64,000 bases of DNA from Fusicatenibacter sp. (GTDB lineage Bacteria; Bacillota; Clostridia; Lachnospirales; Lachnospiraceae), in assembly GCA_050872605.1 (NCBI GenBank), contig JBNMHD010000009.1, one strand, 5' to 3'. Of the stretch, positions 19,832 through 30,616 are shown in pieces (within the stretch, counting starts at the first letter, position 1; each line of letters starts with the position of its first letter). The notes under the pieces are model-generated. The model did no database searches. It saw only the letters and a list, made by a program, of their open reading frames with translations, and was not told the origin of the DNA. Position numbers and translations under genes: made by a program.

Positions 19832-20056
19832 ATGGATAAGTTTGTCAAAATTCTTGCAAAAGATGAACCTTATATTACTCCGGATTGTCCTAATTGTAAT
19901 AATGCGTTAAAAATTAAGACAGAAGATTTTTTCGGTGCTAACGACAACTATGAAACAATTTGCCCCCACTGCAAGGGGAAAGTCACATTTTCCGGCATAA
20001 AGAAACAGCTTGACCAGTTAAAGAGACAGTTTGAAAGTCTCGGAATAACATGGTAG
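19832..20056 (+). CDS. small zinc-ribbon protein (74 aa)
   Basis: 'CPNC...(34 aa)...CPHC' forms a four-Cys ribbon. GAAAGGAG RBS 8 nt upstream of the ATG at 19832. The ORF-track extension back to the GTG at 19733 has no RBS. Confidence 0.5.
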   Translation: MDKFVKILAKDEPYITPDCPNCNNALKIKTEDFFGANDNYETICPHCKGKVTFSGIKKQLDQLKRQFESLGITW

Positions 20057-20197
20057 TTATTGGTCACAAGGGATTGTTCCCCACCTGAATGAAAATTTCA
20101 CATCTTCTAAAGTAGGGTTTTTCTTTATTTTTACGAGATTTTTTAGGTATTCATTTAATTCTTTTTTGTTTTTTAGGTAGATTTTAGCTTTTCTCAT
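20057..20197 (-). CDS. possible 46-aa Lys-rich mini-protein (below the ORF-track cutoff)
   Basis: ATG preceded by GGAGGCAAA. The translation is MRKAKIYLKNKKELNEYLKNLVKIKKNPTLEDVKFSFRWGTIPCDQ. Its stop codon abuts the stop of the convergent zinc-ribbon ORF. Confidence 0.3.
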   Translation of the reverse strand: MRKAKIYLKNKKELNEYLKNLVKIKKNPTLEDVKFSFRWGTIPCDQ

Positions 20198-20207
20198 TTT
20201 GCCTCCA

Positions 20208-20245
20208 TTAAAAAAGCGTATCACCGGTTTTGCCAGTAATACGCT
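20208..20245 (-). terminator. rho-independent terminator of the obg...rsfS operon
   Basis: 13-bp stem with two G:U pairs, AGCGTATTACTGG / CCGGTGATACGCT, a CAAAA loop, then TTTTTTAAT on the minus strand. Confidence 0.65.
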
Positions 20246-20324
20246 TCGTTTTGTTGGTTGGTTTGCTACAGAATAATTGTTTTTACAAATTATAGAAAAA
20301 TGCTAGTTACTTCTGTACACTAAC

Positions 20325-20678
20325 TTACATAATCTCTTCTTTTTCTACGACTTTACCGTCTCTCCAGATTCTCTCCAAATCGTAGAACAGGCGGTTCTCC
20401 TCATCAAAGATGTGGATGACAACATCGCCGTAGTCCATCAGAATCCAGTTTGCAGTCTGATAGCCTTCGATCTGTTTTGGATGTACGCCGGCTTTTCCGA
20501 GTACCTCCTCTACGTTGTCTGCCATCGCCTGTACCTGGTTGCGGTTGCTTCCGCTGGCGATCATGAAATAATCTGCCAGAGTAGAAACATGGGTAATGTC
20601 CAGAATGCGGACATCCATTGCTTTTTTATCTTCCAGTGCTTCCAGTGCAAGTTTTGCAGTCTGTTTTGCTTCGCTCAT
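20325..20678 (-). CDS. rsfS: ribosome silencing factor RsfS (iojap family)
   Basis: 117 aa. 'DYFMIASGSNRNQVQA...NWILMDYGDVVIHIF' is typical of the family. It occupies the last position of the nadD-yqeK-rsfS set. Confidence 0.9.
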   Translation of the reverse strand: MSEAKQTAKLALEALEDKKAMDVRILDITHVSTLADYFMIASGSNRNQVQAMADNVEEVLGKAGVHPKQIEGYQTANWILMDYGDVVIHIFDEENRLFYDLERIWRDGKVVEKEEIM

Positions 20679-21281
20679 TTATGCTTCCTCCTTTGCCGTC
20701 CGTTCCCGGTGCAGTGCCTCATAGAACTGATATGCCTGCTCCGTCATCGGGTCCATCGTCTTCGGGTTTTCCGACAGATACGCCATACTGTCTTTTAAAA
20801 TTTCATACATGCATTCGTCGATATCGGTGAATGCCAGCTTCCGAAGGCGGGTAAGGTGCGGTGCCTTGTTTCGTGCCGGCTCGATATAATCTGCGATATA
20901 GATGATCTTCTCCAGCAATGTCATATCTTCTTTTCCTGTCGTATGCCAGGTGATGGCACTTAAGATCTCCGAATCTTCCACCTTATACTTGTCCTTCGCC
21001 AGAAATGCACCGAGCTTGGCATGGATCAAAAACGGATTGTTCCGCTCAAACTCAGTGATTTCAATCTTGTTTTTCTCACACATGGTGATTTTTTTCTTAT
21101 TCGGAATGCATTTTGCACAGTCGTGAAGCAGTCCCGCGACACGGGCTTTTTCGAGATCCTCGCCCCATACCATCGCCATGGATGCTGCGGTAAACATCAC
21201 ACCGAGCGTGTGATGATAGCGGTCTTCATCGACTTCCTTCTGGAGTTTTTTGTCCAGTTTCCATAAATCGTACTGTTCCAT
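20679..21281 (-). CDS. yqeK: bis(5'-nucleosyl)-tetraphosphatase (symmetrical), HD-domain YqeK
   Basis: 200 aa with HD motifs 'RYHHTLGV' and 'AGLLHDCAK'. Conserved position after nadD. Confidence 0.85.
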   Translation of the reverse strand: MEQYDLWKLDKKLQKEVDEDRYHHTLGVMFTAASMAMVWGEDLEKARVAGLLHDCAKCIPNKKKITMCEKNKIEITEFERNNPFLIHAKLGAFLAKDKYKVEDSEILSAITWHTTGKEDMTLLEKIIYIADYIEPARNKAPHLTRLRKLAFTDIDECMYEILKDSMAYLSENPKTMDPMTEQAYQFYEALHRERTAKEEA

Positions 21282-21293
21282 CCTGCTCTTCCT

Positions 21294-21914
21294 CTAATCC
21301 TGATAGATTTTCTGCTCCTGAATGTAGGAAATCACAGAATCCGGCAGATAGTATTTCACGGATTTTCCTTCCCGGATCCATTCCCGAAGTTCGTGGGAAG
21401 AAACATCCAGATTCGGTGTGTCGAGTTTCAGAAAGGTACCGTGAAGTTTTTCTGCATTTCGTTCCATACAGGCCAGAAGCTCTTCCTTTTTTGCCCGATC
21501 CCTGGTCGCCACAAGGATCTTTGCCGCGGCGCAGATCCGCTCTGGATTTTTCCACTCATCAAAATAGAACAGGGAATCCGCTCCAATGATAAAGTAAAAC
21601 TCCGTGCCCGGGTTCTCTTCGCGCATCGCCTCAAGCGTCCGATAGCTGTAGGTATAGCCCTCATCTTCCATCTCTTTGGTGCAGAGCACAAAATGAGGAT
21701 TGGATGCGATGGCACGGCGCACCATCTCGACACGCTGTGCATCCTTTGCCCGTCCCGCCCGGTTCCTCTTATGTGGCGGATTTCCGGCCGGAAGGAACCA
21801 GACTTCATCGAGCCCGAACTGCTCGTACGCCGCCTCGCCAAGGATCAGATGACCGATATGAATGGGATCGAATGTGCCTCCCATAATGCCAACTTTTCTG
21901 TTTGTCTTTTCCAT
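21294..21914 (-). CDS. nadD: nicotinate-nucleotide adenylyltransferase
   Basis: 206 aa with the 'GIMGGTFDPIHIGH' nucleotidyltransferase (H/T)xGH motif. Confidence 0.9.
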   Translation of the reverse strand: MEKTNRKVGIMGGTFDPIHIGHLILGEAAYEQFGLDEVWFLPAGNPPHKRNRAGRAKDAQRVEMVRRAIASNPHFVLCTKEMEDEGYTYSYRTLEAMREENPGTEFYFIIGADSLFYFDEWKNPERICAAAKILVATRDRAKKEELLACMERNAEKLHGTFLKLDTPNLDVSSHELREWIREGKSVKYYLPDSVISYIQEQKIYQD

Positions 21915-21981
21915 ACGTTTTCCTCAAAAAGCGCCGGAACTGCAGCGGTATGCTCCGGTCCCGGCGCTTCTTTCCTGCGGA

Positions 21982-22275
21982 TTATTTCGGAAGCTGAATT
22001 TTCTTTTTCTCTTTTTTGCCCTCTTTGTACAGCACGATCTTTTTGCCGATCACCTGTACGACCTGGGAATTGGTGCGTTCTGCCAGAACTTCTGCGATCT
22101 CTCTTGGATCATCGAGGCAGTTCTGCAGTACATTGATTTTAATCAGCTCTCTCGCCTCAAGTGCCTCTGCAACGGCAGCGGTATGCTCCGGTGTGATGCT
22201 GCTTTTTCCTACCTGCAGAATCGGTTCCATGGTCATGGCAAGGCCTTTCAGGTATGCTCTCTGCTTGCTGGTCAT
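21982..22275 (-). CDS. yhbY: ribosome assembly RNA-binding protein YhbY (CRM domain)
   Basis: 97 aa: 'LTSKQRAYLKGLA...PILQVGK...ELIKINVL'. Confidence 0.85.
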   Translation of the reverse strand: MTSKQRAYLKGLAMTMEPILQVGKSSITPEHTAAVAEALEARELIKINVLQNCLDDPREIAEVLAERTNSQVVQVIGKKIVLYKEGKKEKKKIQLPK

Positions 22276-22306
22276 ACGTCTCCTCCTTCGTTTTTATTCG
22301 TTCGTT

Positions 22307-23629
<1,323 letters not shown>

Positions 23630-23724
23630 CTACGCAGCTATTCAGAACCCCATTTCGAATCCGGCTCTGAATAGTTAACAAAAACGGCTTCAAACCTCTT
23701 AAGATTTGAAGCCGCACCTTTGTC

Positions 23725-24015
23725 TTACTCTTCTGTTGCTACCGGATATACGGAAACCTGTTTTTTGTCACGTCCTTTTCTTTCGAAAGCTACGCGTCCG
23801 TCAACCATAGCGAATAAGGTATCGTCTTTTCCGATTCCTACGTTCACGCCTGGATGAATCTTGGTTCCACGCTGTCTGTAAAGAATGTTTCCAGCCTTTA
23901 CAACCTGTCCGTCAGCTCTTTTTGCTCCTAATCTCTTGGACTCGGAATCTCTACCGTTCTTGGTAGAACCAACTCCTTTTTTATGAGCGAAAATCTGAAG
24001 GTTCATATTTAACAT
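23725..24015 (-). CDS. rpmA: 50S ribosomal protein L27 with cleavable N-terminal extension
   Basis: 'MLNMNLQIF|[21 protein letters not shown]'. The Firmicute-type propeptide is consistent with the adjacent prp. Confidence 0.95.
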   Translation of the reverse strand: MLNMNLQIFAHKKGVGSTKNGRDSESKRLGAKRADGQVVKAGNILYRQRGTKIHPGVNVGIGKDDTLFAMVDGRVAFERKGRDKKQVSVYPVATEE

Positions 24016-24019
24016 GGTA

Positions 24020-24340
24020 TTACACCTCCTTGAATGCGATCTCTAAGTATTGTGCTCCATAATCGCGGCGGATACTTTCGAGGCCCAGCAAAAGTGATTT
24101 TACAAGAAGTGCGGTACTTTCAGAATACCCATTCGGGAATGAAAAATACACGTATCCATCTCCAGCCTCACTTATAATCAGATCCTCTGTCAATGTTTCC
24201 ACGGAATTTACGGTGTTTACAACCAGTGCGGAGACAGCAGCACAGATAATATCCTGCCCTTCCTCTGCATAGCCTGCATGACCGTTTGACTCCACGGAGA
24301 TGTACTCGCCGTCACACTCTGTTACGGTTATACAAATCAT
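24020..24340 (-). CDS. prp: ribosomal-processing cysteine protease Prp
   Basis: 106 aa with 'GHAGYA' and '[10 protein letters not shown]' as the His/Cys dyad context. It sits between rplU and rpmA. Confidence 0.9.
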   Translation of the reverse strand: MICITVTECDGEYISVESNGHAGYAEEGQDIICAAVSALVVNTVNSVETLTEDLIISEAGDGYVYFSFPNGYSESTALLVKSLLLGLESIRRDYGAQYLEIAFKEV

Positions 24341-24345
24341 AAGAC

Positions 24346-24651
24346 TTAAGCGTTGATTTTTTCAATCTTCACTTCAGTGTACTGCTGTCTGTGACCGTTT
24401 TTCTTATGATAACCAGTTTTTCTCTTGTACTTGTAAACGATAACTTTTTTGCCTTTACCGTTTCCAACTACAGATGCGGTTACGGATGCATTTTTAACGT
24501 CCTCGCCAACTTTCAGTCCGTCATTGCTTACTGCAAGTACCTGATCAAAAGTTACGGTTTCTCCAGCTTCAACGCCAAGTTTCTCTACTCGGATAACATC
24601 GCCTTCAGCTACCTTGTACTGTTTACCACCTGTTGCAATAATTGCGTACAT
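24346..24651 (-). CDS. rplU: 50S ribosomal protein L21
   Basis: '[14 protein letters not shown]...'. The start is set at the ATG at 24651, 6 nt after GGGAGG; the ORF-track start at 24669 adds 6 unsupported residues. Confidence 0.95.
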   Translation of the reverse strand: MYAIIATGGKQYKVAEGDVIRVEKLGVEAGETVTFDQVLAVSNDGLKVGEDVKNASVTASVVGNGKGKKVIVYKYKRKTGYHKKNGHRQQYTEVKIEKINA

Positions 24652-24722
24652 ATGGCACCTCCCTATCAATTACTCGCCAGATTCGGTGGTCTTTCGACTC
24701 TTTTACCTCTCTGTGCGGCATA
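24652..24722 (-). ncRNA. rplU 5' leader (position and length fit the Firmicute L21 ribosomal-protein leader)
   Basis: About 70 nt lie between the predicted TSS and the rplU ATG, and the sequence has self-complementary segments. I could not score it against a covariance model. Confidence 0.45.
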
Positions 24723-24729
24723 CTTCTAC

Positions 24730-24758
24730 AATATATCATCACATCTGCTGTTTGTCAA
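24730..24758 (-). promoter_or_regulatory. sigma-A promoter of the rplU-prp-rpmA operon (TTGACA-17-TATATT)
   Basis: Consensus -35 at 24753-24758 and -10 at 24730-24735 with 17-nt spacing. It starts 10 nt after the degV stop. Confidence 0.7.
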
Positions 24759-24767
24759 TAGTATTTT

Positions 24768-25643
24768 TCAGGAAATTGCAGATTTTTTTTCGCATGCAAT
24801 TGCCAGTGCGCCAGGTCCGATGTGGCAGGCAACGCTTAAGGACAGCGGATGCGCATCGACTTCAAAATCCGGGAAGGCTTCTTTTACTTCGGCAATCCAT
24901 CCATCGATTACTTCTTTGTCGTTTGCGGTATAGGCAATGTGAAGTCCCATGATGCCGGCTGCACGCTCTTTTGCGAAGCGTTTGTCCATATCTTTTTTCA
25001 TAGCCTTGATCATGGCTTTCTTTGCCTGTTTCACACCGCGCGCTTTTTCAAACGCGTCAAGCTTCTCTCCCTGGATCGTCAGCACCGGTTTGATATTTAA
25101 AACGGTTCCGATCATGGCTGCTGCCGGCGTAATGCGGCCGCCTTTTTTCAGGTATTTTAACGTATCTACCATAATATAGATACTTGCATCCAGCGCATCC
25201 TCTTCCAGAATTGCTTTGATGTCTTTTGCTGCCACGCCGCGGTTTGCCATTTTCTTTGCATCCAGAACGGACTGCTGCTGCGTAACGGAGATTCTCTGGT
25301 TGTTGACAACCTGCACTTTTCCTTCGTAGTCCTCGGACAGCACGGTCGCTGTATCACAGGAGGCGGAAAGGCCGCTTGACATCGGAATATAAACAATGTC
25401 ATCGTACTCTTCGAGAATTTTGTTCCAGAAATCCATCAGATCTCCCGGAGACGGCTGAGATGTGGAAACAGCCGCATCCTCTGCCAGAATCTCGTAAAAC
25501 TGTTCCTGTGTCAGGTCGATATCCTCAAACTGGATTTTTCCGCGCATGAAGAAAGGCATCGGAAGGACAAAAACGCCCAGCTCTTTCGCCTGACTCTGTG
25601 TAATACCGCTGTTGCTGTCGGTAGCAATAGCTGTTCTTGCCAT
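24768..25643 (-). CDS. DegV-family fatty-acid-binding protein
   Basis: About 291 aa from the ATG at 25643 ('MARTAIATDSNSGIT...'), with the typical DegV N-terminus and length. The ORF-track start at 25712 adds 23 residues. Confidence 0.85.
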   Translation of the reverse strand: MARTAIATDSNSGITQSQAKELGVFVLPMPFFMRGKIQFEDIDLTQEQFYEILAEDAAVSTSQPSPGDLMDFWNKILEEYDDIVYIPMSSGLSASCDTATVLSEDYEGKVQVVNNQRISVTQQQSVLDAKKMANRGVAAKDIKAILEEDALDASIYIMVDTLKYLKKGGRITPAAAMIGTVLNIKPVLTIQGEKLDAFEKARGVKQAKKAMIKAMKKDMDKRFAKERAAGIMGLHIAYTANDKEVIDGWIAEVKEAFPDFEVDAHPLSLSVACHIGPGALAIACEKKSAIS

Positions 25644-25803
25644 AGTTCTTATTCCTGCTGTTTTTTGTTTTCCGAAAAAACAGCTTTTCCTTTCTGTAAT
25701 ATCGTGTAACACTTAATTTTCTGTTATTCTATCACAAACCGTACCTGTTTTCTACCCGGCTGGGACATTTCTGCAAAATTGCCCAAACTGCTTTTGATGC
25801 TTT

Positions 25804-26820
25804 TTACATCATACCAATACCAAGGAAAAACAGTCCGCCAAGGATCAGCAGAATGGTCGGAATTACGATTTTTGCAATGGTCTTTTTTCTTCTCTCCTTC
25901 GGGAAAAATCCTTCGCTTTTTGTCTGCTGGTACGTCAGAAGACGGCTTCCCATATAAAGGCCGATCGGCATCAGCGCTGCTTCGATCAGATACATGCCGA
26001 TGTACGTTTCCGTTGCGTATCCGCTGCCTGCTGCTGCGTTCCCCTGCGAGAACATATAGAGGAAGCTTGCCGCAATGCTCGCCACAATCGTCGATGCATT
26101 GTGGACGAAATGGAACAGCGAGCTGTAAAACATGTTGTCGGTCTTCATCCGCACATACGAGAGAACGATTCCCATCATCATCATGGGAAGAAAACGGACG
26201 ATGCTCATGTGAAAAGCGCCGAAATAAACGCCCATCAGAAGCAGCATCACCCATTTCTTTTTGATTCCGCGCAGGCTGTACTGCAGAAGACCGCGGTGCA
26301 GTGCTTCTTCACAGATGGCCGGTGTCAGCGCAACGACAAGCAGCTCGCCGAAATAGGAAAGGCCCGCCATACTGCTGTCCATGGATTCCGAGAGGCTTGC
26401 GTATTCCTGCGGGAAAATCCATTCCATCAGAAGGAAAAGGGCAAGCACACCGCGGTACGTCACATACCACATCAGAATGGTTCCGAGGATTCCGGCTCCA
26501 TCCGGCTTTTTTAATGGGAACACTTCTTTTAACGGAATATGAAGTGCCCGTACAACGAGAATGGATCCGATCAGGAATACGATGATCTCGTCCAGCGCAT
26601 TTCCATACATGCCGCCGGCAAGAACCAGCGGGATTCCGGCGAGATTAAAAAGAACCATCAGAAAGGCAAACACCAGCAGGCCCTGCCATGGTTTCAGTAT
26701 CTTTGCTTTTTCCGCCGGATGCGGCCGTTTTGCCGGCATCTGGTTTCGAAAGGGTTCGTAAAGATATGGGGTATCATTTTCATTGAGGTGAATCGGTTTC
26801 TTTTGTGGTTCCATATTCAT
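25804..26820 (-). CDS. CPBP-family intramembrane glutamic endopeptidase (CAAX protease/Abi-like)
   Basis: 338 aa and polytopic, with motifs 'EEALHRGLL', 'FGAFH' and 'FHFVHN'. Confidence 0.85.
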   Translation of the reverse strand: MNMEPQKKPIHLNENDTPYLYEPFRNQMPAKRPHPAEKAKILKPWQGLLVFAFLMVLFNLAGIPLVLAGGMYGNALDEIIVFLIGSILVVRALHIPLKEVFPLKKPDGAGILGTILMWYVTYRGVLALFLLMEWIFPQEYASLSESMDSSMAGLSYFGELLVVALTPAICEEALHRGLLQYSLRGIKKKWVMLLLMGVYFGAFHMSIVRFLPMMMMGIVLSYVRMKTDNMFYSSLFHFVHNASTIVASIAASFLYMFSQGNAAAGSGYATETYIGMYLIEAALMPIGLYMGSRLLTYQQTKSEGFFPKERRKKTIAKIVIPTILLILGGLFFLGIGMM

Positions 26821-26841
26821 CCCTCCTTTGTAAGGTTACTG

Positions 26842-28041
26842 TCATTTCATCTGTTCTGACAGCGGCCGGCGGATTTTCTTTCTCGTCAGTTCCACGAGAT
26901 GAAGCGCCGTCATATCGACAACTTTGGTCTGGACGGGATCTTCCCGCACAAGACCCTGCAGGAAGCCGAGAAGGCGCTCTTCCTGCTCTTTTTCCGGCAT
27001 GTTGATAAAGTCAATCAGGATCAGACCGGAAATCCCGCGCAGGCGGATCTGGCGGGCGATTTCGCGGGCTGCCTCCTGGTTTACGCTGTACAGAAACGTA
27101 TTTTTCCGTCCGCCGAGCTGCTTTCCGCTGTTCACATCGATCGCGGTCAGCGCCTCGGTCGGTTCGATTACGAGAAATCCGCCGGAAGGCAGTTCCACAC
27201 GTTTGTCGAGTGCCTGTTTTACGTGATATTCGAGATTTTCTTTCTTTGCCAGCGTGGTAAGCTTATCCTCATACCAAGTCAAGCGGCAGTCACGGAAATC
27301 ATGACGATCCAGATATTCTCTGCAGAGCTCATACATTTCTCTGTCATCTGTCACAAGTTCTGAAACTGACGGTGCATACCGTTTGACAAGTTCCGGCACG
27401 GCATCCGACGCCCGATACAGGCAGGAGTACAGGCTCCGCATCGTTCCATACTGGACAATCCGCGCGAGTTTTTCGGACAGCTCGAGATATTCCTGCCGGA
27501 TCTCTTCTTCCGAAGCATCAGCGGATGCGGTGCGGAAGATCACGCCAAACGGAAGGCTTCCGCCGGAAAGCTCTGGAAACATCCGGCTTCCCAGTTCTTT
27601 TAACCGTTTTTTCTGCTCCGGCAGAAGGCGTCCCGAGCATGAGATTTCCGGCTTTCCATAATAGAGCGCCAGGGCACTTCCCGAAAGAGAAAGTTCTGCT
27701 GTCGCCGACGGAAGCTTCGTTTTCTGCGCTTCCCGCTGGATCTGCACGACAATTTCATCTCCGACATGCAGTTCCGTTCCCGGTGCTTTTTTCAGAAGAT
27801 ACCCTTCTTTTACACGGGACAGATCAAGAAAACAGCTCTGCTGCTCCGCAAACGAGACAAATGCCCCGCGGATCCCGGGCGCCAGTTTTTCCACCCGGCC
27901 GACATAGATATTGCCAAGCAGCGTTTCCTTCTCCCTGCAGAGGGCCGTCAGTTCGACCGGTCTTTCTCCTTCCACCAGCGTGTGTACCAGGTAATCTTTT
28001 CCCTCCCACGGCAGATGGGCAATGACAACTCGTTTACTCAA
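26842..28041 (-). CDS. rng: ribonuclease E/G family protein (short RNase G type)
   Basis: 399 aa. N-terminal S1-like segment 'NIYVGRVEKLAPGIRGAFV' and catalytic-core 'LTAIDVNSGK'. It overlaps the upstream gene by 8 nt. Confidence 0.85.
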   Translation of the reverse strand: MSKRVVIAHLPWEGKDYLVHTLVEGERPVELTALCREKETLLGNIYVGRVEKLAPGIRGAFVSFAEQQSCFLDLSRVKEGYLLKKAPGTELHVGDEIVVQIQREAQKTKLPSATAELSLSGSALALYYGKPEISCSGRLLPEQKKRLKELGSRMFPELSGGSLPFGVIFRTASADASEEEIRQEYLELSEKLARIVQYGTMRSLYSCLYRASDAVPELVKRYAPSVSELVTDDREMYELCREYLDRHDFRDCRLTWYEDKLTTLAKKENLEYHVKQALDKRVELPSGGFLVIEPTEALTAIDVNSGKQLGGRKNTFLYSVNQEAAREIARQIRLRGISGLILIDFINMPEKEQEERLLGFLQGLVREDPVQTKVVDMTALHLVELTRKKIRRPLSEQMK

Positions 28042-28741
28042 CTTCTTCTCCTAATGCTTCCAGCGGAACCAGCTTTCGCTCTTCTTCCGTTCCGATGTCT
28101 GCGTAAACTTCCTCGCGCAGAATCGTGTATGCAAACGGCGGCAGTTCAACCCCGCACCATTTGCAGAACGCTTCCATCACGAGCTCCGGTTTCAGGTTCG
28201 AAACACTTCCGGTGGAGAGCTGCATCCAGACACCACTTTTCTTTGCTTTCATATCGTAAATCCATGGGCGGATATCGGTCAGCTTTTCGCTTCGTTTTGT
28301 CTTTCGCATGATCTCAATCTGCGGAAGTGCAAAAAACACCGGTACTTTCGTTTCCAGATCAATCTCCGGCATTTTTCCCTCGCGGAACTGCACGAGATAA
28401 TCGGCTCCTGCTACGAGAGACATTGCCTTGCTTGCTTTTCCATCCGGCACATGGCGGGCGGAAAGCACTTCCATTCCCTCAACCATCGTCGCATTCAGAC
28501 GTTTTACAATCTCGTCGGTTTTCATATCTTCCGCGAGCACCATATCGAAATATTCACCGGTGCTGCTGATGCCGACACCGAGCGGAGAAGCAAACGACAG
28601 CAGCATGTGCGGGCTGAAGCCCTCGGAATAAGCGATCGGAAGTTCTGCACGGCGGATTGCTTTCTGGAAGTAACGCATCACATCCAGATGACCCACAAAT
28701 TTCATCACACCTGTTTTGGCAAACTTAATTCTGATTTTCAT
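28034..28741 (-). CDS. TIGR03936-family radical SAM-associated protein (DUF2344)
   Basis: About 235 aa: 'MKIRIKFAKTGVMKFVGHLDVMRYFQKAIRRA'. The ATG at 28741 follows GGAGGAGG. It is always paired with the TIGR03960 radical SAM protein. Confidence 0.8.
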   Translation of the reverse strand: MKIRIKFAKTGVMKFVGHLDVMRYFQKAIRRAELPIAYSEGFSPHMLLSFASPLGVGISSTGEYFDMVLAEDMKTDEIVKRLNATMVEGMEVLSARHVPDGKASKAMSLVAGADYLVQFREGKMPEIDLETKVPVFFALPQIEIMRKTKRSEKLTDIRPWIYDMKAKKSGVWMQLSTGSVSNLKPELVMEAFCKWCGVELPPFAYTILREEVYADIGTEEERKLVPLEALGEEVE

Positions 28742-30590
28742 AGCAGACACCTCCTCCGAATGATTTTGCTCCGCAGCCGGAACACTGCATCTTACAGTTC
28801 GGGGTAACGGTTTCTTTCTGTGCCCGCTCCCATTCGCGGATCAGGAATTTTTTCGTCACGCCGATATCAAGGAAATCCCACGGAAGGATCTCATCGGTGC
28901 TGCGCTTACGGCAGGCATAGAACGAAACGTCAATGCCGGTCTCTGCAAACGCTTCTTCCCAGGCATCTTTCCGGAAATACTCGGACCAGGCATCGAAAAT
29001 AGCACCTTTTCTGTACGCTTTTTCAATAACTTCGGCACATTTCCGGTCACCGCGTGCAAGGAATCCCTCCAGAAGGGAAATATCTGCCTCATGATAAATG
29101 TAACGGATGCTCTTCTGATTCAGCTGTGCGCGGACCTCTGCCTTTACAATCGCCGCTTTGTCAAGAAACTCCCTCTCCGTGTTCATCGGTGCCCACTGGA
29201 ACGGAGTGAACGGCTTCGGAATAAAGAACGAGGAGCTTGCCGTAATCTGGCATTTTCCGTTTCTCTGGTCTTTCGGAATCTCATAGTAACGCTCTGCGAT
29301 CTTTTCCGCCAGATGTGCAATTCCTTTGATATCATCCTCGGTCTCGGTCGGAAGGCCCAGCATGAAATACAGTTTTACTTTATTCCAGCCGCCCTCAAAC
29401 GCTTTTCCGGCTCCTTCGAGAATAACCTCCTCAGTCAGACCCTTGTTGATGACATTCCGCATCCGCTGGCTTCCAGCCTCCGGTGCGAAGGTCAGGCTGC
29501 TCTTTTTGATGTCCTGTACTTCGCTCATGACATCGAGGGAGAATGCGTCGATACGGAGTGACGGGAGGGAAATATTAACACCTTTCTCCGGACAGCTGTC
29601 GATCAGATAGTTGACGAGTTCCGGAAGATGGCTGTAGTCACTGGAACTTAACGAGCTTAAAGAAATCTCATCATGTCCGGTGTTCCGCAGCATATGCGCG
29701 GCAAGCTCTTTTAATTTCTCAACATCACGCTCTCTTGTCGGACGGTACACCATGCCCGCCTGACAGAAACGGCATCCGCGGATGCATCCTCTCTGGATCT
29801 CCAGAACGACACGGTCCTGTGTTGCCTTGATAAACGGCACGACTGGTTTTTCCGGATAGGTTGCCTGTGTCATATCCATAACAAGCTGTTTTTTGATTTT
29901 TTCCGGCGCTTCCGGAATGGCCGGTGTAAACGCTGCAACGGTTCCGTTCTCGTGGTACGTTACTTCATAGAACTGCGGTACGTAAATGCCCGGGATCTGA
30001 CATGCCTTTTTCAGAAAATCCAGACGGGTTCCGCCGTTCTTTTTATTTTCCAGATACGTGTCGAAAAGCTGGTCGTACACAACCTCACCTTCTCCGATAT
30101 AAAACAGATCGAAGAACGGAGCAATCGGCTCCGGGTTGTACGTGCACGGGCCGCCGCCGATGACGATCGGATCCTCATCGGTACGATCCACCGCATGCAG
30201 CGGGATTCCGGCAAGGTCGAGCGCCTGCAGAACGTTCGTATAACACATCTCATACTGCAGGGTGATAAACAGAAAATCCTCGTTTTTCACCGGCTCCTGG
30301 GATTCCAGTCCGAAAAGCGGAATGTTCTGTTCGCGCATCACGCGGTCCAGATCCGGCCACGGGGAGTAAACGCGCTCGCACCACATATCCTCGCGTTTGT
30401 TGAACATATCGTACAGGATCTGGATGCCAAGGTGGGACATACCGATCTCATACACATCCGGGAACAGGAATGCGCCGCGCAGGGCTACTTTCTCTTTGTC
30501 TTTTACGACACTGTTGAATTCATTTCCAATGTATCGCGCAGGCTGCTCAATCTGGAGCAGCACTTCTTCTGGCAATGCTAATTTTCTCAT
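28725..30590 (-). CDS. TIGR03960-family B12-binding-domain radical SAM protein
   Basis: 621 aa with the radical SAM cluster motif 'CIRGCRFCQAG'. Confidence 0.85.
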   Translation of the reverse strand: MRKLALPEEVLLQIEQPARYIGNEFNSVVKDKEKVALRGAFLFPDVYEIGMSHLGIQILYDMFNKREDMWCERVYSPWPDLDRVMREQNIPLFGLESQEPVKNEDFLFITLQYEMCYTNVLQALDLAGIPLHAVDRTDEDPIVIGGGPCTYNPEPIAPFFDLFYIGEGEVVYDQLFDTYLENKKNGGTRLDFLKKACQIPGIYVPQFYEVTYHENGTVAAFTPAIPEAPEKIKKQLVMDMTQATYPEKPVVPFIKATQDRVVLEIQRGCIRGCRFCQAGMVYRPTRERDVEKLKELAAHMLRNTGHDEISLSSLSSSDYSHLPELVNYLIDSCPEKGVNISLPSLRIDAFSLDVMSEVQDIKKSSLTFAPEAGSQRMRNVINKGLTEEVILEGAGKAFEGGWNKVKLYFMLGLPTETEDDIKGIAHLAEKIAERYYEIPKDQRNGKCQITASSSFFIPKPFTPFQWAPMNTEREFLDKAAIVKAEVRAQLNQKSIRYIYHEADISLLEGFLARGDRKCAEVIEKAYRKGAIFDAWSEYFRKDAWEEAFAETGIDVSFYACRKRSTDEILPWDFLDIGVTKKFLIREWERAQKETVTPNCKMQCSGCGAKSFGGGVCYENQN

Positions 30591-30616
30591 GCAATTCTCT
30601 CACTTGTTCTTATTTT

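Noticed and set aside
25724-26254. A 176-aa minus-strand ORF overlapping the CPBP protease gene in another frame.
   Set aside because: It is entirely nested in the CPBP CDS, which has clear family motifs. It has no RBS and an Arg/His/Asp-rich composition.
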